64,000 nt of DNA from Thermoanaerobaculia bacterium (GTDB taxonomy: Bacteria > Acidobacteriota > Thermoanaerobaculia > UBA5066), in assembly GCA_963816185.1 (NCBI GenBank), contig CAWFJJ010000025.1, forward strand, positions 352,001 to 416,000, given 5' to 3'. The notes beneath the pieces were generated by a model. The model had not been told where the DNA came from, searched no databases, and saw only the letters and a program-made list of their open reading frames with translations. The position numbers and the translations under genes are program-made. This document shows, one piece after another, positions 58,995-64,000 of the stretch. Numbering within the stretch: position 1 is the stretch's first letter; each line of letters begins with the position of its first letter.

Positions 58995-59372
58995 GTGACG
59001 CCGGGCCGGCAGCTTGCGTTTCTCTGGGGCGGCACGGCGCTCGCCTGCGCCGCGGCCGCCCCGTGGGTGCCCGCGCTCGCACGAGGATTGCCGCCGTGCC
59101 CGTTCCGGTCACTTGTCGGGATTCCGTGCCTCACGTGCGGCAGTACGCGAACGCTCCTGGCCCTCGCCCGTTTCGACGTGGGCGGCGCATTCTCCTGGAA
59201 CCCGCTCGCCGCGGCAGCGGGGATTCTCCTCGTCCTGGGCGGTCTCGTCGCCCTCGGCGCGGCTCTTTCGGGCCGGGGCGTGGAGGCTCCACGTCCGACG
59301 CCTGCTCTGCGCGCCGCCCTCGCCCTCGCGCTCGCCGCGAACTGGATCTTCCTCGTCGCGGCGGGCCGCTAG
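58995..59372 (+). CDS. DUF2752 family protein
   Basis: CPF..GIPCLTCG.TR..NP. Confidence 0.85.
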   Translation: MTPGRQLAFLWGGTALACAAAAPWVPALARGLPPCPFRSLVGIPCLTCGSTRTLLALARFDVGGAFSWNPLAAAAGILLVLGGLVALGAALSGRGVEAPRPTPALRAALALALAANWIFLVAAGR

Positions 59373-60283
59373 CCGCGGGAGCTCGTGGGACGGATCCCGG
59401 ACTGCGGAATGGGCGTCGCCGTCGGTAGCGGCGCCGCGAGAGCGCGTGAGAGCGCGTTCTGCCACGAGGGCAGCTCGATCCCGAGGTTCGCGAGCTTCTC
59501 GTTCGAGAGCGCCGCGAACTTCGGCCGGAAGACCTTGCTCGCGAGGCCGTCGGCCGAGACCGGCACGACGCTGGAGGGGCTTCCGATCTGGCGGGTCAGC
59601 TCCATCGCCAGCTCGTGCCACGTCGTGAACCCCGCGTTCACGCAGTGGTAAACGCCGGACGCCGCTTTTCCCTCGAGGAGACGCCGGGTCGCGGCCGCGA
59701 CGTCAACCATGTAGGCGGGGGAGACCGTGCGGTCGTAGAAGGCGCTCACGGTGCGCCCCGCGCGGATGTCCGCGCACATCCGGTCGATCGTGCTTCGGCC
59801 TTCGGGGTTTCCGAAGAGGCTCTCGACGCGCAGGACGAAGTATCGCGGCGCTCCCGCCGCGTACCACTCGCCGAGGAGCTTCGTGGCGCCGTAGACGCTG
59901 CCGGGGTTGGGCCGGTCCGTCTCGCGATAGGGCGACGTCGTCGCTCCGTCGAAGACGAAGTCGGACGAGAAGTGCACAAGCGTCGCGTCGGCGGTGCGGC
60001 AAGCCTCGGCGAGCGTGCGCACCGCGAAGGCGTTCACGGCGAGCGCGGTCTTTGGATCCCCCTCGGACTCCTCGACGCCGAAGGCCGACGTGTTCACGAT
60101 CGCCTGCGGACGAAGCTTGACGAGGCGCTCGAGGACCTGCTCGCGCTGCGTCAGGTCCAGGGCGGCGCGGGTCAGGGCCGCGACCTCGTGACCTCCCCGG
60201 CGAAGCTCGCGCACGACGGTCAGGCCGAGCTGGCCCCCGGCCCCGGTGACGAAAATGCGAAGCGGCACGCCTGAGCGTGACAT
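59369..60283 (-). CDS. rfbD: dTDP-4-dehydrorhamnose reductase
   Basis: GAGGQLG, SSDFVFDG, YGATK. Confidence 0.88.
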   Translation of the reverse strand: MSRSGVPLRIFVTGAGGQLGLTVVRELRRGGHEVAALTRAALDLTQREQVLERLVKLRPQAIVNTSAFGVEESEGDPKTALAVNAFAVRTLAEACRTADATLVHFSSDFVFDGATTSPYRETDRPNPGSVYGATKLLGEWYAAGAPRYFVLRVESLFGNPEGRSTIDRMCADIRAGRTVSAFYDRTVSPAYMVDVAAATRRLLEGKAASGVYHCVNAGFTTWHELAMELTRQIGSPSSVVPVSADGLASKVFRPKFAALSNEKLANLGIELPSWQNALSRALAAPLPTATPIPQSGIRPTSSRG

Positions 60284-60321
60284 GGGCCGCGGGCCGGAGC
60301 AAGGGGCCTTATGCTTGCCGC

Positions 60322-61290
60322 GTGAATCCGGATGTGACCGCCGCCGTCGGGCGCCTTCACAGCGACGGCTTGCTCGGGGATTTCACGGCGAATCTCTTCG
60401 GGCGCGTTGCGCGGCGTGAGCTCGTCTCCGTACGGCTCGAGATCCGCGCCGCGCTCTACCTCGGCGTCCTCCTCCTGACCGGGGGGATCGGCCTTTTCGT
60501 GAAGGAGAATCACGAGCGGATCGGTCCGGCGGCGATCGCCGTCGCGATCGGCCTCGGGGCGGCTGTGTGCCTCGTCTGGGCCGTGAGGCGTTCGGCGCCT
60601 TTCGCCTGGGGGGAGGCGACCTCGGCACACGCGGGATTCGACTATGTTCTTCTTCTCGGCGCGCTCCTCGTCGCGACGGATCTCGCCTACCTCGAAACCC
60701 AGTTCGCCCTGCTCGGTCGGGACTGGCCCTGGCACCTTCTCGTCGTCGCGGTCTTCTACGGGCTCCTCGCGTACCGCTTCGATTCGAAGATGCTCCTTTC
60801 GCTCGCCCTCGCGTCCTTCGCCGCATGGAGGGGAATTGCCGTGAACATCGAGAGGACTTCTCTCGGGTCGGGCGACCCCGCGCGCCTTCGAGTCGAGGCG
60901 CTCGCCATAGGCGCGCTCTTCGCGGTTCTGGGCCTCCTGTCGGTGCGTGCGGGAAGGAAGGCGCACTTCGAAGACGTGTACGTCAACGCAGGGCTTCTCC
61001 TCGCGCTCGGCGGCCTCCTCTCCGGAGTCTTCGGCATTCGAGAGAACGGCTGGGGAGGATGGCTGCTCTTGCTTCTCCTCGTCTCTTCCGCCGTCGCGTT
61101 CGCCGCGTTTCGCACGAGGCGCACGCTGCCGTTCGCCCTCGCGATCGTGGCGGCCTGGCTGGGCCTCCAGAGGTTGGTTTTCGAAAGCGCCGGGGCCGCG
61201 CCGGCCGGAGCTCTCCTGGTCTCGGCGATGACGGCGGCCGGAGCCCTCGGAGGCGTGATCGCCGCACATCGGAAGATGAAGATTCCATGA
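60322..61290 (+). CDS. DUF2157-like multi-pass membrane protein
   Basis: SV..EIR..LYLGVLL..G.G; many TM segments. Confidence 0.7.
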   Translation: MNPDVTAAVGRLHSDGLLGDFTANLFGRVARRELVSVRLEIRAALYLGVLLLTGGIGLFVKENHERIGPAAIAVAIGLGAAVCLVWAVRRSAPFAWGEATSAHAGFDYVLLLGALLVATDLAYLETQFALLGRDWPWHLLVVAVFYGLLAYRFDSKMLLSLALASFAAWRGIAVNIERTSLGSGDPARLRVEALAIGALFAVLGLLSVRAGRKAHFEDVYVNAGLLLALGGLLSGVFGIRENGWGGWLLLLLLVSSAVAFAAFRTRRTLPFALAIVAAWLGLQRLVFESAGAAPAGALLVSAMTAAGALGGVIAAHRKMKIP

Positions 61291-62465
61291 AACGGGCCTG
61301 GATCGAGGCGGAGCGCGTCGAGGAGGTCCGCGCCGCCGCCCGCGGCTGGAAGAGAGGCGGCGCGATCGGCGCGGGCACTTTCGACGAAATCCTTCGAAGG
61401 TATCCCGAGCCGAGAGCCTTGCCCGCGCTGCTTTGGCGCGTCCTCGTGTTCGTTTTCGTATCGCTCGCCGTCCTGCTGCTCCTGGGAGCGTTCGCGCTTG
61501 GCGCTCGCGGGGGCGTGAACACCTACACGACTCTCCTCTTCTTTTTCGGGGTCGCCTGTCTCGTCGCGACGGAAGCGCAGGAGAACGCACCGCGCCTTGC
61601 CCTTCGCGGGGGAGCCGGCGCGACCTGCTTCTGGGGAATCGTCTTTTTCCTGGGCGGCCTCTTCCTGCTCCTCGAGGAGACGCTGAAGGTGCGCGAGGAA
61701 AGCGGCGTGACGATCCTCGTTCTGGCCTCTCTCGCCCTCTGGGCGCTCGCCGCGTGGCGCTGGGGCAGCCCCGTATGGGCAGGCTTCGCGGGGATGTCGC
61801 TCTTTCTCCTCCTGACGCGCGCCCCCTTCGGCCGCCTGCTCTGGATCGCCGGCGGCGTCGCGCTGGCGCTCGCCTTCGAGCGTCTTCTCGATCGACCCTC
61901 GTGGTCACCTTCCCGCCGAAGGTGCGCGGCCGTTCTCGTCGTCGTGGGCCTCATGGGCGTGTACGGTGCGGTGAACCTGTACTCGCTCGACCATCGGTTC
62001 GTCGAAAGCCTCGGAAGAGCCGGGCGCGACGCTCCCGGTCCGCGCTTCAGCGAAAGGATCGGGTCGATGGCCCTGACCGCGCTCTTCCCTCTCGCGGTCG
62101 TCGGCTGGGCCATCCGTGCACGCCGGGCTTTCGCGCTCGACGTCGGGCTCGTTCTCTTGGCCCTTTCCCTTGTCACGCTTCGCTTCTATGTCCATCTCGC
62201 GGCCCCGTGGCTCCTCCTGACGCTCGCAGGAGCCGCGCTCTTGCTCGTCGCTCTGGGCGCCAACCGGTGGCTCGCGAGGGGTGGCGGGAGAGAGCGAAAC
62301 GGTTTCACGGGGGAACCTCTCTTCGGGGACGAACGACGGCTTCGCGCGCTCGAGCTGGTGCCCGTCGTCGCCGCTCACGCGCCCGACTCCCGGCCGCCGG
62401 TCGAGCCCGGGTACCAGGGCGGCGGAGGAAGCTTCGGAGGCGGTGGCGCCGGCGGGTCGTACTGA
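61287..62465 (+). CDS. Multi-pass membrane protein with GGGSFGGGGA tail
   Basis: ATGA overlap with the previous gene; about 10 TM segments. Confidence 0.75.
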   Translation: MKRAWIEAERVEEVRAAARGWKRGGAIGAGTFDEILRRYPEPRALPALLWRVLVFVFVSLAVLLLLGAFALGARGGVNTYTTLLFFFGVACLVATEAQENAPRLALRGGAGATCFWGIVFFLGGLFLLLEETLKVREESGVTILVLASLALWALAAWRWGSPVWAGFAGMSLFLLLTRAPFGRLLWIAGGVALALAFERLLDRPSWSPSRRRCAAVLVVVGLMGVYGAVNLYSLDHRFVESLGRAGRDAPGPRFSERIGSMALTALFPLAVVGWAIRARRAFALDVGLVLLALSLVTLRFYVHLAAPWLLLTLAGAALLLVALGANRWLARGGGRERNGFTGEPLFGDERRLRALELVPVVAAHAPDSRPPVEPGYQGGGGSFGGGGAGGSY

Positions 62466-62529
62466 TTCATCTGCTTCGTTTCGTCGAGACGAGTCTCACT
62501 CGAAGATCGACGAGTCAAGGGAGGACGCC

Positions 62530-62790
62530 GTGAACCAGCCCGTCGTCGCCATGCTCAGTCCAACCGAAATGGCGCTCATCCGTCTCCTGCGTGAAAGCTC
62601 GCCGTCGGCGATTCGCGGACGGGTGAAGACGGTCGTCGAGGCGCTTCTCGAAGCGGCGAGAGAGCCGTACTGCCCCGAAAAACCTTGCCCCCACGCGCCG
62701 GGAGAGTGCGACCGCTGCGTGCAGACGCTGCGCGTGCTGGACGGGCTCGAGGCCATGGAGCTTCAGATCCGGGGCCTTCCCGGCGCCTGA
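62530..62790 (+). CDS. Small hypothetical protein with a 4-Cys cluster
   Basis: SD GGAGG; CPEKPCPHAPGECDRC. Confidence 0.55.
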   Translation: MNQPVVAMLSPTEMALIRLLRESSPSAIRGRVKTVVEALLEAAREPYCPEKPCPHAPGECDRCVQTLRVLDGLEAMELQIRGLPGA

Positions 62791-62859
62791 GGCTGCGGTT
62801 CGGGCGCTCTCGGGCGCCGCGGGTTGAGGTACCCTCTCTCATTCGAGCACGGAGGACGC

Positions 62860-64000
62860 ATGCGCTTCTCGTCGCTCCTCGTGGTTCTCGCCATGGCATC
62901 GACCGCCCGCCCCGCCCCCGCCGAGCCCTCCGTCGCCGCCCCCGCGCCGCCGGTCGCCAAGCGTGTCGAGAAAGTCGTCACGCTGCACGGCGAGGCGCGA
63001 TCCGACCCGTACTTCTGGCTGCGCGACAAGCCGAATCCGGACGTCGCCGCCTATCTCGAAGCCGAGAACGCATACACGGCCGCCGTGATGAAGCCGACGG
63101 AGCCCCTGCAGGGCGCTCTGTATTCGGAGATGCTCGCTCACATCAAGGAGACGGACCTCTCCGTCCCGTACCGCGAAGGCGCCTGGCTGTACTACTTCCG
63201 CACCGAGAAAGGGAAGCAGTACCGCATCTACTGCCGGAAAAAGTTCCCGGACGGACCCGAGCAGGTCACGCTCGACCTGAACGAGCTCGCGAAGGGCCAG
63301 AAGTTCATGGCGCTCGGGCGATATGCCGTGAGCGACGACGGAAACCTCCTCGCCTACTCGACGGACATCACGGGGTTCCGCCAGTACACGCTCTTCGTCA
63401 AGGACCTGCGCGCGAACGCCCTCCGGCCCGAGCGCATCGAGAAGACGACCGACGCCGTGTGGGCGGCGGACAACATGACGCTCTTCTACGGAGTTGAGGA
63501 TGCCGCGAAGCGCCCGTATCGCATCTACCGCCACCGCCTTCTCGAACCGCAGAGCGCCGACGTCCTCGTCTACGACGAGAAGGACGAGCGCTTCAGCGCG
63601 TCCGTCGGCAGGACGCGGAGCCGCGCGTGGCTCGTCTTGTCCGCGCACAGCCACACGACCTCCGAGTCCCGCGTTCTGAAGGCCGACACGCCTGTCGGCG
63701 AATGGACGATGGTCGCTCCGCGGGAGCCGGAGCACGAGTACGAGGTCGACCACCGCGGCGACCTCTTCTACATCCGGACGAACTCGGGCGGCCGGAACTT
63801 CCGCCTCGTCACCGCGCCCGTCGCGGCTCCCGGCCGCGCGAACTGGAAGGAGATCGTTCCGCATCGGGCCGACGTGATGCTCGAGGACGTCGACCTCTTC
63901 GCGAACCATCTCGTCCTCCACGAGAGAGCGAACTCTCTTCCGCGCTTCACCGTCACGAATCTCACGACGAACGCTTCGCACGTCATCGCGTTCCCCGAGC
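62860..64000 (+). CDS. ptrB: Oligopeptidase B (S9A), truncated at the window end
   Basis: Translated by hand: signal peptide, PPVAKR..HG..DPYFWLRD..YLEAENAY. Confidence 0.9.
   Translation, partial: MRFSSLLVVLAMASTARPAPAEPSVAAPAPPVAKRVEKVVTLHGEARSDPYFWLRDKPNPDVAAYLEAENAYTAAVMKPTEPLQGALYSEMLAHIKETDLSVPYREGAWLYYFRTEKGKQYRIYCRKKFPDGPEQVTLDLNELAKGQKFMALGRYAVSDDGNLLAYSTDITGFRQYTLFVKDLRANALRPERIEKTTDAVWAADNMTLFYGVEDAAKRPYRIYRHRLLEPQSADVLVYDEKDERFSASVGRTRSRAWLVLSAHSHTTSESRVLKADTPVGEWTMVAPREPEHEYEVDHRGDLFYIRTNSGGRNFRLVTAPVAAPGRANWKEIVPHRADVMLEDVDLFANHLVLHERANSLPRFTVTNLTTNASHVIAFPE

Overview
This is a GC-rich bacterial window. The gene content (VWA/Ig proteins, BNR/VPS10 proteins, repeated C-terminal domains) resembles Acidobacteriota, class Thermoanaerobaculia, but that is an inference. 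(1) 1-17083 is a phosphorus-themed island: an OprO/OprP-type porin, a signal-peptide family I pyrophosphatase, secreted and cytoplasmic CYTH-like proteins, DASS, PiT and DUF47 genes, a PhnD-like binding protein and a CHR pair. It has two sigma-54 two-component systems and three visible sigma-54 promoters carrying two different enhancer motifs. It is the best candidate for an undescribed pyro-/polyphosphate sensing and scavenging system. (2) 17189-39460 and 43762-64000 are mostly ordinary genes, many apparently leaderless, with a dispersed AT-rich motif (CTTTCTAAGAAAATC-like) written into coding sequence. (3) 39457-43758 is a decaying four-cassette integron array without integrase. An IS110/IS1111 element sits inside one attC site, and its 3' non-coding region carries attC-matching segments (candidate bridge/seek RNA). 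Two genes have frameshifts that may be sequencing errors. All calls come from reading the sequence by eye; no searches were run.
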